64,000 nucleotides of DNA, taken from positions 1 to 64,000 of the forward strand of contig JAXLNO010005352.1 in the NCBI GenBank assembly GCA_038087875.1, read 5' to 3'. The notes beneath the pieces were generated by a model, which was not told where the DNA came from, searched no databases, and saw nothing but the letters and a program-made list of their open reading frames with translations. The DNA comes from Malacoraja senta (Eukaryota). Shown piece after piece: positions 35,236 through 48,627 of this stretch (the stretch's first letter is position 1; each line of letters opens with the position of its first letter). Both the position numbers and the translations under genes were made by a program.

Positions 35236-35958
35236 ATGGTAGACTTTAAATTTGACAAACAAGTCAATGCTGTGGTAAAAGCTAGCTTCTTTCAGCTTCG
35301 GACGATAGCTAAAATAAAACAATTCCTCCAGTTTGAAGACCTCGAAAAGATCATCCACACATTCATCTCCTCCCGCCTAGATTACTGCAACTCCCTTTAC
35401 ACTGGCATCAGCCAATCTTCCCTGTCCCGCCTGCAACTGGTCCAAAACGCCGCAGCGAGACTCCTGAAGGGCACCCGAAAAAGGGACCACATCACCCCGA
35501 TCCTGGCCTCTCTCCACAGGCTCCCTGTGCGGTTCCGTATAAACTTCAAGATCCTCCTCCATGTCTACAAAGCCCTCAATGGGCTTGCCCCCACCTACAT
35601 AAAAAGTCTTCTCACCCACCACTCCACCTCCAGGCCCCTCAGATCGGCCGACTTGGGGTTGCTGAATATCCCACGGTCTAGGCATAAGCTCAGGTGCGAC
35701 CGCGCCTTTGCGGTTGCAGCCCCTAGACTGTGGAACAGCATCCCCTTTCCCATCAGAACTGCCCCCTCTTTTAAGTCAAGACTAAAGACTTATCTATACT
35801 CCCAAGCCTTTCCTGACGTCCTCCGAGTGAGGGCTACATGTATATATGTTTGTAGTTTGTTTTGTTTGTGCTATTCTTATAACAGATGTAAAGCACTTTG
35901 GCCAACGAGAGTTGTTTTTTAAATGTGCTATATAAATAAATGTGACTTGACTTGACTT
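35236..35958 (+). mobile_element. L2-clade LINE 3' end in a DNAAF4 intron
   Basis: SRLDYCNSLYTG...LQLVQNAAARLL...HITPILASLHRLPVRFRINFKILL...RAFAVAAPRLWNSIP; (TGACT)n tail. Confidence 0.9.
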
Positions 35959-37238
35959 AAACAATTGCTTTGTCCAAGACTTCAAGAAATTGCAGTGTAG
36001 TGAATGAAGCCCAGTCCATCATGCAAACCAGCCTGCCCCTGTTGACTCGATCGCCACTTCACATGCTGCCTTGGGAATGTAGCCAACATAATCAAGGACC
36101 ACTCACACTCCGGTCATTCCATCTTCTCCCCTCACCCATCAGGCATTGCATACAAAAGCTTGAAAGCACATATTACCAGATTCAAGAACAGCGTCTTCCT
36201 CACTATTATTAGACGCTTAAACGGACCTCTTATCTGCTAGGGATGAATTCCCAATCTTCCAAACTATCACACTGTGGCCCCTGCACTTAAAAAAAAATCT
36301 GCACTTTCTTTGTATATTATGCACTGTTTATTTTCTCTTTTACACTTCCTCATGTACTCATGCCTGGATAGCACGCAAAATAAAGTTATTCAATATATTT
36401 CACGCGTGTGGCAATAATAATAATGAACCAATAAATGCATTTATGATTTCATCACCTTTAAGATATACAACAACGACCAGCATTATCTTTTGGAGGATAT
36501 TTCTGTACAGAACAACTGACACATAGCAGTTGATTTTACTTACAGCAATGTAGCATTGTTAATAATCTAGTTGTCACACCATGTGTAGGAGCAGAGTATT
36601 GCATCACTTCAAAGATAAATCTCATTAACATGTAGCACTCAACATTGCCAGCCTCAGCACACATGGGTAGTTAGAAGGATTCTGAATATTTTGTGGAACC
36701 CAGATAAGTATTTTTGCCCCATTTAGTCAGCAAGAAAGCACAGTAAAAGATGTTTTTAAACTTACTTTCCCAGGCCTCTTATGAGCAGCAACTCTTCCTC
36801 TCTGACCTGACAAATATTTTGTTACCGTTCCCACACTCAGGCTACGGGTTAAAATAGCAAATCTGGTCCCGTTGACATAATTGGAACTTAATGTGCAAAT
36901 TTTAAAGAGGACCTGACCACTTTTGCCTGGAAGCCATTATTATTTACAATGTAGTAAGCTGCATAATGAAAAGTAAAGGAATGAATAGGTGATCTACACG
37001 CTATCCTCTATGAGAACGAAATATAATTCACAAAAACACAAAAGGGAAAATGAGCAGAAAAGCATAAAAAGCATAACAAATTTAGTCTTATTTTGTTGAA
37101 TAATGCAGGAGACCTTGGGTTGTTATGACCAATCCAAAATCAAAAACTCAGTTGACAGAGCAGGATTCTAAATTTAAATAGAAACTGAATCATGATTAAT
37201 CTTTGCTATTTTTCTGAATCCGATTTGCAAGAACTAAC

Positions 37239-37392
37239 CTTGGAACAGTCTTCAAGGGTTTTGTGTAAATTTCTTAGCTTAAGGTGGGTTGCAGCCCGAT
37301 TTAGATACAAAGCTGGAAGTTTGTTGTTCAATCTTATTCCCAAATTATAAGCATTAATAGCTGCAAGATAATCTCCTGAAGCAAACAGCTTG
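37239..37392 (-). CDS. DNAAF4: DNAAF4 coding exon 7 (TPR)
   Basis: [52 protein letters not shown]; 154 nt, AG/GT. Confidence 0.95.
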
Positions 37393-38337
37393 CTGAAAAA
37401 GGAAGACAATGTTTGAGCAACCATGATAAGCTGATCTATAGCTCATTGCAGAACAGTTAATCAGATCTTCATAGATCAGAAAAAGGGAAACAACCATAAG
37501 TTGTGATATTTCACTCCAGTTAATAGCAAACTACAATCCCCATGTCCCCAAATATCTTTTTGACTGTACACATATAATAGCCAGATCATCATTCTTGTAA
37601 AGGATTGGCACCATCATAGAACATAGAATAGTACAATGCAGGAACGGGCTCTTCAGCCCACCATGCCTGTGCCAACCAGATGCTAATCTAAACTAATCAC
37701 ATCTGTCTGCACATGCTTTGCATCCCTCTATTCCCCAGCTGTTCATGTGTCTGTCTAAAGGCCTCCTAAATATTACTATCGTATCTATTTCTACCAGCTA
37801 TCCTGACTGCAGTTTCCAGGCACCATCACTCTTTGTGTAAATAATTTGCATAGTAAATTGCATTTAAACTTCCCCCCACTCAGTTTATACCTGTGGCCAA
37901 GTATTTGTCATTTCTACTCTATCTATGTCTCAACTTTTCTGTTGATCACAAAAAAAACATATGGAAATGATAGAATCTAATCAGGAGTGATTTTAATCAA
38001 GCGGACAGAAAAAATAACAGTGGAAAATCTGGAATGTGGTGTATATTTATATTTTAATATATTCTATCAGTGGTACTGTTGCCCAAGGTGGAAGGTTATG
38101 GGCCCATCATATCTTCATATGATCTTTAGGCATGCAGTTTTGGCAAGATTTGCTGTATAATGATTAAAAGAAGAAACTCTGGATAATTTTCCCTTTTGCA
38201 ATCCAAAGTTATAACAACTCTTTTTGACTCCCCATGGGTCAGCTTGGGTAAGAGCAGTTAGCTTTATCAGCAAAGGCTGGGATTTTTTCTGGGACATACA
38301 TGAGTTATTTGACTCACTTTGATACACCTGGCCAGGT

Positions 38338-38633
38338 ATAGAAACATAGAAACATAGAAATTAGGTGCAGGAGTAGGCCATTCGGCCCTTCGAGCCTGCA
38401 CCGCCATTCAATATGATCATGGCTGATCATCCAACTCAGTATCCCGTACCTGCCTTCTCTCCATACCCTCTGATCCCTTTAGCCACAAGGGCCACATCTA
38501 ACTCCCTCTTAAATATAGCCAATGAACTGGCCTCGACTACCCTCTGTGGCAGAGAGTTCCAGAGATTCACCACTCTCTGTGTGAAAAAAGTTCTTCTCAT
38601 CTCGGTTTTAAAGGATTTCCCCCTTATCCTTAA
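38338..38633 (-). mobile_element. Young CR1 (HER1-like) LINE 3' end
   Basis: LRIRGKSFKTEMRRTFFTQRVVNLWNSLPQRVVEA; 3' UTR hairpin and (TTCTATGT)n tail. Confidence 0.9.
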
Positions 38634-38679
38634 GTATTGTAGGAATGAGGACATAAGTAAAAATGTTTTCATAACTTAC

Positions 38680-38789
38680 TTCCCTTTGTCCTTCAGCCAT
38701 TCTGGATTTTTTTCTTCCTCTTTTAAATCTTTAAGATCAGGGGCATCTGCATTATTGGCTCGCCTAGCTTCTGCTTGTTTTCTTAACCA
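38680..38789 (-). CDS. DNAAF4: DNAAF4 coding exon 6
   Basis: [36 protein letters not shown]; 110 nt, AG/GT. Confidence 0.95.
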
Positions 38790-40323
38790 CTGTAAATAGA
38801 AAAAGAAAAATAGTTCATGACCAATGGATCTTAACTGCCATGGATCATTCGGATTATTAATTAAATATAATCATGAATTCACAGCACACAATCAGGCCCT
38901 TCAGCACACCATGTCCATGTTGTCCATCAAGTTCTCATCTATACTAGTCCCATGTATCACCATTTGGTCTGTGGCCTTTCATGCTCTGGCAATTAAACTG
39001 TTCATTCAAATATATCTTAAATGTTCTGAGAGTATCTGTCTCCACTGTCCCCACTGGCAGTGCACTCCAGATTATTATCACCCACTGGATGAAAGAAGTT
39101 CCTTCTCCAATCTCCTCAAATCACCGCTATGGGGAAAGGTTTCCTCATACCTATCCTCATACCTATCCTACCTATACTTTCATAACTTTGTATACATTCA
39201 CATGGTTTCCCCATCACACTCTGCACCAGCAAAATAAACCCAGCCCATACAGTCTTGGCTCATAGCTAAAATGCTTCACCCCAGGCAACATTCTTGTGAA
39301 GTAAGGAACTCCACATGCGGTGACTAACTATCCGCATTTTGTGACTAACTATCTTGTGAATCTCCTCTGCACTTACTCCATTGCTGTCAAGTCTTTCCTA
39401 CTATCGTGTGACAACAAGAACTGCACTTAGTACTCGAGCTGTAACCTACCTGCCCTTAAATTATATGCTACAGCCAGTGAAAGCAAATATTCCAAGCAAT
39501 TTCTTCACCACTTTATCTACTTATGCTGCAGCCTTCAGAGATCTTTGAACTTGCCTGCGAAAGCCCCCCACCCCCGTTCGTTATTCCACCCCAAGTGCCT
39601 GCTATGCTTTGAGGAGGCACCTTATTAGTCCTTGCAAGCTGCAGACACCTCTTGTTATCAATATTAAATTTCATCTTCCATTGCACTGCCCATTCTACCA
39701 ACAGATCAATTACATCCTGTAGCCTATGACTATTTGCCTCATTGTCAACGACACTGCCGATTTTCATATAATCTGCAAACTTAATAATCAGAACACTAAC
39801 ATTCAAAACCAAATTATTGAGAAGATTATTTGCAACAGTGAGATGTGAAATAGATGAAAGAAACATTTGTGTGCAAGTTTAATTATAGCACTCCTGCACA
39901 TCTTCCCTAGGTCACAACATACCAGCACCAGCAAAGGCCCAGAGCAGTCTCAATTCTTGTACTGTGGATGGGAAATCGCATGTGGATTCAAAGAGGGACA
40001 AAAAAGGTAACCAAACTGTAAAAGAATCAGCTACACACATTGTTCAATCACAATTCATACTCTGAAATGCTACATTTTCTTTTACTTCCCTTTTTCCAAA
40101 ATGACATATTTTTATAGAAATTAACAGAAAATAGTAAGCTCCATTTATTCCATTTTATTTGAACAGTCATCTGAAAATCAATACCTTAATCAAATATATC
40201 AGTTTCCAAATGGACATGATTAACTATGTACAAACAAATGTTTCAAAACTTGTGGATTAATAAAACAAGTTTTCCTGAAATCAACTTCTAAATGTGTTTG
40301 AAGCATTTTCACAGAATCCTTAC

Positions 40324-40466
40324 CTCCTCTTCCTCAGCAATGAGGGATTCTCGCAGCGCAGTAGGAAAAACCCGTGGTGTGAATTGTATTTGTATAGTGC
40401 CCGCTGAACGTGGACATGGTATGATTTTTCCCATCGTGTTTTCAGTAAATATATCGCCAGCATTGC
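40324..40466 (-). CDS. DNAAF4: DNAAF4 coding exon 5 (DYX domain)
   Basis: [48 protein letters not shown]; [13 protein letters not shown] is the DYX1C1 signature; 143 nt. Confidence 0.95.
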
Positions 40467-41779
40467 CTGCAATTAAATCCTGATTAGAAGTTTATCATCA
40501 AATACCATACTGTAAATTTGACCTTTTAAAAAAAAACAGGTGTATGATCTATAAAATAAACAAAAGGCAACATATTTCTATTTGGTATAGATATTTCAAG
40601 AAATAATCTCTTTCTTGTGCTTAAGATATAAAACAAGGAATTTGATCAAGCAATAGGATCTGCCTATACTATGCATGAAACTAGAGCTACTTTTACAGCC
40701 CTATTTAATCTTTGCTGATAATGCGGTCTTGACATTCAAACTCAGTTAAACATTGACCACATCCAAGAAGCTGATAAATCCTAATTAGACGAATAAAGAG
40801 AGCCAATTGCTAGATCTAGGCAGCACTCTCTGCCTACTAGATCGCCTGAAAAGTTGACAAATATAGGACTTCCAGCACCAGAACTCTTTAATGAAACATT
40901 CGCCGACAACACAAATATTTATTCTGCTCATTTAGCAAGCAGCTTTATCAGCCATGCCATGATAAATCTGGATATTGGGCAAATTGAAAGGAATCAACCA
41001 GAGCAACAATGGATGGCAGTGACCAGGATAGCACTTGAGCAGGAGAAAACAATTATCAGAATAAGCATGCAAAACTCCAATAGCACCACCATTTATAAAG
41101 TGGTGACAAATTCAATGCCATAACATGTCCCAAGGGCACTAAACACAAGAAGCTGTCAAAAAGGTAGAGTTAAAGGAGTGTCATCAAGAAGAAAAGGAAG
41201 GCAGAGAGGTTTGGGGGGGAAAATGCCAGAGATTAGAAACTGGCAAACTGCCAGTGATGGGATAATTCAAGAGACCAGGGATAGTAGGGATAGTAAAAAT
41301 AAGTGAAACCTCAGAAACATTTCAAAACCTGTACAAGAATTTTAAAGATTTAGGTGTTGCTTTGGTTTTCAGTGGTTTCAACGTAATTGTACCAATAAAC
41401 TATTATCAGCTACCTTATTTAACCAAGGTTAGATAAGGCAGAACTAAAACAGAATGCTATAACAACTTAGCAGGTCCAGCAGCATCTATGAAAGACTAAG
41501 GTATATGTCGTCATTTTGGGTTAAGTCCCTGTATCGGAACTAAGAGGGAACAGGAAAAATTGTTGGTACAAAGGGAGAGGTGATTGATGGAGCCAAGTGA
41601 AGAGGGGATAATGGGAAGATGGAACCAGGGGGATGGGATGGGGGGGGGGGGTGGTAGGGTGGGGGGGGGGGGGCTTAGCTTTGCAAGAAGAAATAAATTG
41701 GAACAAGGCAAACTACAACATTGTTATGCAGGTAGACACAAAATGCTGGAGTAACTCAGCGGGTCAGGCAGCATCTCTG

Positions 41780-41812
41780 GGTGACGTTTCGGGTCGTGAC
41801 CCTTCTTCAGAC
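41780..41812 (-). ncRNA. Minimal type I hammerhead ribozyme motif in a Penelope terminal repeat (best-preserved copy)
   Basis: Minus strand reads GU-CUGAAGA-A-GGGUC.AC.GACCC-GAA-ACGU-C-AC: conserved core boxes, stem II, palindromic stem III and a GUC cleavage triplet. Stem I is only 2 bp in this copy. Confidence 0.6.
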
Positions 41813-42742
41813 TATGCAGGAGTTAGGGAGGGTACACTGGGCACAGTTGTTATTGGGCAAGTCCACATTAGGCACGTGGCAGTCATTTAAAGGCCAGTTC
41901 ATTGACATTCAGAACAAACATGTTTCAGTAAGGAGGAGGGAAAAGGATGGCAAAGTAAGGAAACCTTGGATAACCAAAGAAAAAGGAAGCACTTGAAAGG
42001 AAGAGGATGGAATCAGACAGGACCTTTGAGGAATGTAAAGAAAGGAGGAGAGAACTTAAGCGGCTGATTTGAAGGGCCAAAAGGGGCCATGAATTAGCTT
42101 TGGCATGTCTGATTAAAGAAAATCACAAAGCTCTTTGTATATATTTTAGACACAAGAGGGTAATCGTGGAAAAGGTAGGAATGCTCAAGTATAAAGGAAG
42201 GAATTTGTGCTTAGAGTCTGTGGATGTAGATGGGGGAGGTGGGGGAAGAGGGGAGTTGGGGCAACAGAAGGTGTGGGAGGAGGAGGGGGTGGGGAGAGCC
42301 CCGGCTTCGGTCCTTCAGATCGTCACCCCTCGCCCTACTCCCCCATTTACTCCTATTTCTTCTATGTTAATAACCATTGTCCTTCACATGGCACTTTCTT
42401 GTGTAATGCAACATCTATCCGTTTACATTCTCTATTTGCAACATCCAGGGGCCTGAAATTATTTTCACTTGAAGGAACTTTTTACTTGTAAACCTCACAA
42501 TATAGTAAACCTTTTACTTATAAACCTCCTCGTGATGTAGTCTTCCTAACACTGGGGAAACTAAATGTGGATTGGATCACTTTACTGCTCATAGGGACCA
42601 TCTTTTATTAGTGGTTTTGAGAAAAAAAACATTTTAAATTATTTTTATTGATTCTCTGTGGATAAGGCAAACTCAACAGCCAGCAATCTGGTTAAGAACT
42701 TAGATTGCCTCTGTATTTATCATTGATATGAAATAGGCTTAC

Positions 42743-42992
42743 CTCCTTTGAGAGAGTGCTTGTGTGGTGCTTGTGAGGCAGAATTTTGTACTTTATTTTT
42801 GCTTTTCTTCTTCTGTTCTGCCTCAGCTTTTTGCCTTGCAATCTTTATTTCCTCCTTTCTCTTTAGTTCCACTTTTCTCTTTAGTTCCTCTTCTTCACAC
42901 TTCTGAAGTTTCCACTTTTCTAATTCTTCAGTGGCTTTTCTTTGCTCTTGTCTTTTCAATTCTTCAATCTGTTCTCTATTCTTGTCCTCTAT
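42743..42992 (-). CDS. DNAAF4: DNAAF4 coding exon 4 (charged coiled coil)
   Basis: IEDKNREQIEELKRQEQRKATEELEKWK...HKHSLKG; 250 nt, AG/GT, phases consistent. Confidence 0.92.
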
Positions 42993-43984
42993 CTGTAACG
43001 TTTTAGCACAAATGCATACTTCTTAACGCAATTTTATATAGGCATCCAATCACAATTTTCTATATTTTGCAAGCATCCCATGGACTCAAAATGCACATTC
43101 AAAGTTAAATTCGAGTTTCATCTGATAACAAATAACATCATTCTTTAATTTTGAAATAAAGTTTAGATGCATCTAGCACAATAAGGTCAGTTTATTGTCA
43201 CAGGTACCAATTAAGGTACAGTGAAATTCGAAGAAGCGCATTTTTCATCTTGTTTGGAGACATGATAGAAAGACTGGCTGGACTGGGAACAATAAATAGC
43301 TGCATTTTCCCCTTTATAAAGTGATCAGAGTTTTCAGTTTTGATCAATTTAAACACAGGGAAATGCAGCAATTAAAACAGTAAGTGCAATAAAATCAGAA
43401 AATGCTGGAAACAATCAGACAACTGTAAGCAAAGTTTTGACAGAATCTGGAAATCCAGCTGCCTGTCATTTGCTTCCAGTTACATTTTGATTAGGTGGTC
43501 ATTTTTTAACAATACCATCAACAAAACCGGACAAAAAGTGTAGTTGTCACAATTGCATCATAGTTTCATTTACCTTCTTTTAAGTCATCTTATTGTGCTG
43601 TTTGAACTGGCATTTTCCACAGCTGAACCAGGTTAGTAGCATTGGTACCACTTTACACTACAATTTTTAAAATTATATTTTTTCTTAACCTGCTATTATA
43701 TTCATTATATGACGAGGAATAACTAGAACAGAAAATGTGTGAAATCTTTAGGTGGCAGAATGGATTTGTTTTTCTCAGCTTTCTATATTACAGATCTACT
43801 TTGTGGCCAACCATCTTGAGTAGTACACTTAAAGCGTTACTATTTGTGTTTGCTAAATTGCATGTTTTATTTGAATTTTAATGAAACGAGTAGTTCGTAC
43901 AAATGTCTTGACTGACCTCTTGTGCATCAAAGTACCTGTCCATAATGGAAAAAAAGAAATATTCGACATGTTCAACAATATCAC

Positions 43985-44118
43985 CTTCATCATCTTTTCC
44001 AATGAGTACTTCTCATTTTCTCGCTTTTTAACTGCTTTTTCTTTTACAGCTTCTTGTGCCTTCTCTTGAGCAGCAAGAATGGCATGCTCCCTCTTTTTTC
44101 GCAACTTTTCCTTATCAA
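43985..44118 (-). CDS. DNAAF4: DNAAF4 coding exon 3
   Basis: VDKEKLRKKREHAILAAQEKAQEAVKEKAVKKRENEKYSLEKMMK; 134 nt, AG/GT. Confidence 0.93.
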
Positions 44119-44726
44119 CTATCAAAGCAAAGTCAAAATGATTCAGAGTTACCAGGGTTTAATAATCAACACAGTTTTTGTGTTTCACACAAATTTATTT
44201 TCATCCGGTCTACATGCTGCTTGGATTAGAGGGTGTTAGAGGCCGCAGCAAGTACGAATTTCATTGTTCTATCTCGGACACATGACAATAAAACACTCTT
44301 GGCTACAAGGTACAAAGAGAGGTTGGACAAACGGAGCATCGGAGGCTGAGAGGAGACCTGATAGAAGTATATAAAATCATGAGAGGTATAGATAGATGAA
44401 ACAGTCAAAATCTTGTTTCAAAGACTAGAGGGCATAGCTTTAAGGTGAAAGGGGGAAAGTTTAAAGATATGTGGGGCAAGTTTTGTTTTACACAGATAGT
44501 CTGTAATGTGCTGCCAGGCGTGGTGGTGGAGGCAGACACGATAGTGGTGTTTCAGAGACTTTTAGATAGGCACATGGCTAATGGAGGGATATGGATCATG
44601 TATAGGCAGAGGAGATCAATTTAAACTGGCAGCATTTTCAGCACGGTCATTGTGAGGCAAAGACCTTCCCATGTTGTACTGTTTTATTTTCTATGTACGA
44701 AGAGAAATAGTTAATACTCCCCTCAC

Positions 44727-44874
44727 CTTCAACTGTTGTAAGTTGTTCCCACATTGTAGATTCTTTTTTGTACAAGGTGAAAATGACAACACCATTGCCA
44801 ACTTTAGCTGAGCTTTTTGATTCATCAATAGAAGCATATAACAGCACTTCAAAGAGAAATGGAGGGAAGTTCAC
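44727..44874 (-). CDS. DNAAF4: DNAAF4 coding exon 2 (CS/p23 domain)
   Basis: [49 protein letters not shown]; 148 nt, AG/GT. Confidence 0.95.
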
Positions 44875-45489
44875 CTTTTAAAATAATTTTTAAAAAATCA
44901 CTACCTTCAGGCACATACTGATGTCCAATGAACTAATGAACATAGTGAATCAAATCTCTAATTTTTGTCAAAATCTAAAAAAACACAAGATCATACCAAC
45001 AATTCTCTGAAACGATTTGCAGGTGTATACTATTACCATGTTCATTCTATTACATAAATGACTCAAATATCTGGCCTGAACATTCAAATGATTTATATAA
45101 CCACAGTGCAAGGACATGGGCTGAGAAAGTTCTTTGTACAACTCCACAAAGTAGTGCCGTGTGATTGAAAAGTTGCCTTAATCCAGAACTGAGCAGTTTT
45201 ATAAACATGCCAGGGTATTTTACTACCCACTAAAAGAAAAATTGACATCTGATAATTTCACGAGATTTCCGTTTATCCTAGCACGTTTTTCATCATAGAA
45301 TTCCACAGATGACATCAACAATAGAGCAGTATGAAAAATGCCTCTATCGCCTGTGAAATGTTCAAACTCACTGGTTTGTTGGTTCTTATTTACTCACAGA
45401 ACATGGTTTTAAAAACGAATTCCCTGAGAATGTGCCATCTAGAGGTTAAAACTCAAAACTGCACTCTTTCACATCACTTGAGATTTTAG

Positions 45490-46030
45490 GTTTTGGTTTA
45501 TTATTGTCAAGTGAACCGAGGTACAGTAAAAAGCTTTATTTTACATGCTATCTAATCAGATTAGATAAATAAATACATAAATAGAATCGTCAAACTCAAG
45601 TACAATAGGTGGAATAAAGGGGAAGTACATAGTGCAGAATGTAGTTCTCAGAATGTAGCAAACCAGTACCATAGACAATGTCTGCAATGGGTTGGAGGTG
45701 AATTGGACAATAGCCTAGCTGATGGGGGCCATTCAGAAGCCTGATAAAAGAGGGGAAGAAACTACTCGCGAGTCTGGTAGTTCCCACTTTCAAGTTTCTG
45801 TATCTTCTGTCCGATGGGAGTGGGGAGAAGGAAGAATGACCCGGGTGGGACAAGTCTTTGTTGGCTTGTTTTCTGAGGCATTGTGAAGTGTAGACGGGGT
45901 CAGTGATTGGGGAGAGGGGGGGGGGCGTTTTTGTCGGTGTGATGGAATGGGCTACATCTTCAACTATCTACAATTTCTTGTGGTCTTGGGCAGAGCTGTT
46001 TATGGTGCATCCGCAGAAGTTTGTAAGGAT
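45490..46030 (-). mobile_element. Degraded Rex1/Babar LINE 3' fragment
   Basis: SHPGHSSFSPLPSDRRYRNLKVGTTRLASSFFPSFIRLLN is a typical Rex1 C-terminus. Confidence 0.75.
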
Positions 46031-46215
46031 CACAGGATACGTGTGGTGTCCAGACATGGGAAATCTATAGCTTCCTGCAATCCTCCACCAATATCTCATG
46101 TGCATACCTGGACTCTCTACATTTCTTTATGAAAGAGGTAATTTGGCTAATCGAGTCTACACAGGCTCACAGACCAATCACATTACACTGTTACTTTTCC
46201 TTGAAATGTATTCTC

Positions 46216-46810
46216 ATCTAAGCCAGTTTGGAGCTGACTTCGTTTCAAAAGAGCTTTCTTAACTATGGCTTAATAACAGCAAAAAAACTTATACTGAAAT
46301 TTTGGAAAAACGCTCCCACGCCAACGATAAAAATGTGGATTTCTAATATGTCGGAACTGTTACACCTAGAAGATATGAGATTCCTCTTAGCAGGTAAACC
46401 AGACCATTTCCAAAAGATTTGGTCTCCATTTATCGACTTATTACAAATATAGGGTGCAACAACATGTTGATAATAAATGGTTTCAGGACCTGGTGAGGGG
46501 TGAGTAAAGATATGGTAGGTACATCCCTTTTATCTTGTCTTATCTTATCTTACTTTTTTTTCTTTTTCCTACTTTTGATTTTTCTCTTTTGTTTAACTCT
46601 TTCTTGTGGTTTAGGTCCCTATGGGTGTTCCTGGACCACTCTTTCACTCACTCACTTACTATCTTTGCTAACTCTTTCTATCCTTTTTCGTATTAAAGTT
46701 TAAAATAAGAAGTGGGACAAGAAATGTATAATTTTATGTTTGTTTGAGATCACTGTACTGTACAATAATTCTAATAAAAAAATAACTTAAAAAAAAGAAA
46801 GTTAAAAAAA
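46216..46810 (+). mobile_element. 5'-truncated L1/Tx1-clade LINE 3' end
   Basis: AKKLILKFWK...WISNMSELLHLEDMRF...FQKIWSPFI C-terminus, AATAAA plus A-rich tail, 13-bp TSD GAAATGTATTCTC (46203-46215 and 46811-46823). Confidence 0.85.
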
Positions 46811-47925
46811 GAAATGTATTCTCCATATATTCTGATCAACTCTCCCCATATTCTACCACTCACCTACACATTAGGAGCAATCTACAGTGACCAATTAATC
46901 TACCAAACATCTTTTGAGGAAACTGGAGCACCTGGAGGCAACCCACGTGGTCACAGGATGAATGTGAAAACTCTATACAGACAGCACTGGGGTTAGAATT
47001 GAACAAAGAATGCCGTTGCTGTGAGGCATCAGCCCACCTAACTGCCATCGTGTTGCCCAACCTCTTTGCCTGTGAGGATGAGTGAATCTCACATTATCCT
47101 CGAGACCATTCCAGGCTTCTGTTGCTGATAGTCATACACCACGAAAATAGGCTCTTCAGCCTAACTCATGCATGCTCCTGAAAAGACCTCATCTAAGCTA
47201 GTCTTGTTTGCCCATGTATGGCCCATATCCTCTAAACCTCTCATATTAATGTACCTGCCCAAATGCCTTTTAAATCTTTTTGTAACTGCCTCAACTATTT
47301 CTTTTGGAACGTCGTTCCATATACCCACCACCTTCTATAGAAACAATTGCCCCTCAGATTCCTATTATATCTTTCCCCTCTGAAGTAAATCTTGTCCTTT
47401 ACCTTGCCCCCTCTCTGTGCCAATTCTCAGTTTCTCCACACAGTCCCAATAAGGTCATCCAAATTCCATGCTCAAAGGGAAAAGATTTAATCATTATGCT
47501 TTAGCCCATGGGAGTGGATGCAGTAGGGGCAAGTAACTGTTATGTTGCAGATTTCACTAAAGTATAAGCATTGACTGCACTCATGTCCTCATGGAAAACC
47601 TCCATTAAAAACGTCACCCACGGCCCTTTTACACAAAGAATATGCTTATTGAGGGGCCTATTTTGTTGAATAGTCGGGGTGAGGACCAGCTTGTCAAGAT
47701 TCCTCTGATCTCGTGGGGATACTTCCATCCATCTCCCAGCACCTTTTTGTCTGCAAAAAACCCCACTTGTACCTATCATTACCATGCATCCTGTTTACTC
47801 TGAGCTTCATGCAAACAAAACATATTTGGACTCGTATGACAAGAAACTAATCTAATAACTGAGAATATTCAAGACAAATATTAAAGGAATGTGTTTTTTA
47901 AAATATATGTCCGTGGTATGTGGGG

Positions 47926-47957
<32 letters not shown>

Positions 47958-48269
47958 GGGGGTCAGTGCAAGACTAAATATATAAATATAAATATATATT
48001 TATGGTAAAAGAGGTAAAAGATCAGCCTTTGAGTATACTGAATGTCCAAACTCTGCCTCTCCTTCACCTCCCTCCCTCTCCTCTCCGTGAATCTGCCCCC
48101 CTTGTTCCCTTTGCCTCCCTCTCTCCAAATCATTGCCTCTCCCTTCCCTCGTCTCCTTCCTTCCTCTCCCCCTCTCCATCCTCCTCAAGACGCCCCTCCA
48201 ACCCCTCCCCCTCCCCCTCCCTTCACCCTATCTGCCGCCGGCAGTTTCCTGCCAGTTTGCCTCCCTCAC

Positions 48270-48392
48270 CTTTAAATAATCTTCCGCACAGAAGATGTCC
48301 GCTTTCCCGGCAACGACGCCCTTCAGCGGCACGGTGATATAGACCCGGGACTCCGCCTGCTCCCAGGTGTAATCCTTGACCAGCACCGGCAT
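48270..48392 (-). CDS. DNAAF4: DNAAF4 (DYX1C1) first coding exon (CS/p23 domain)
   Basis: MPVLVKDYTWEQAESRVYITVPLKGVVAGKADIFCAEDYLK; 123 nt, donor gtgagg. The nine exons join into a 1278-nt open frame (425 aa). Confidence 0.95.
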
Positions 48393-48510
48393 TTTACCCG
48401 AGGTGGCTGTCCGCCCGCCCGCCCGCCCGCTACTAGGATGCGGCTTCGGTTGCTAGGGACCAGCACATCCGGTTGTTGCTTGAATTGTACTTCCGGGACA
48501 AGTCAAGTTG
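48393..48510 (-). promoter_or_regulatory. DNAAF4 proximal promoter / 5' UTR
   Basis: Small CpG-rich patch with GC boxes (ccgccc repeats), X-box-like GTTGCTAGGGAC at 48449-48460 and ETS-like CCGGA(A/T)GT motifs. Confidence 0.6.
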
Positions 48511-48627
48511 TTGCTGGAGTGATGGAGAGAGTTTACTGTGGACCCTCATCACTGAAACAGGCAACACAAGGGGATGTATTATAGCACGTTACTGAAGAGA
48601 GAGAAAATTAATTACATTTTTTTTAAT

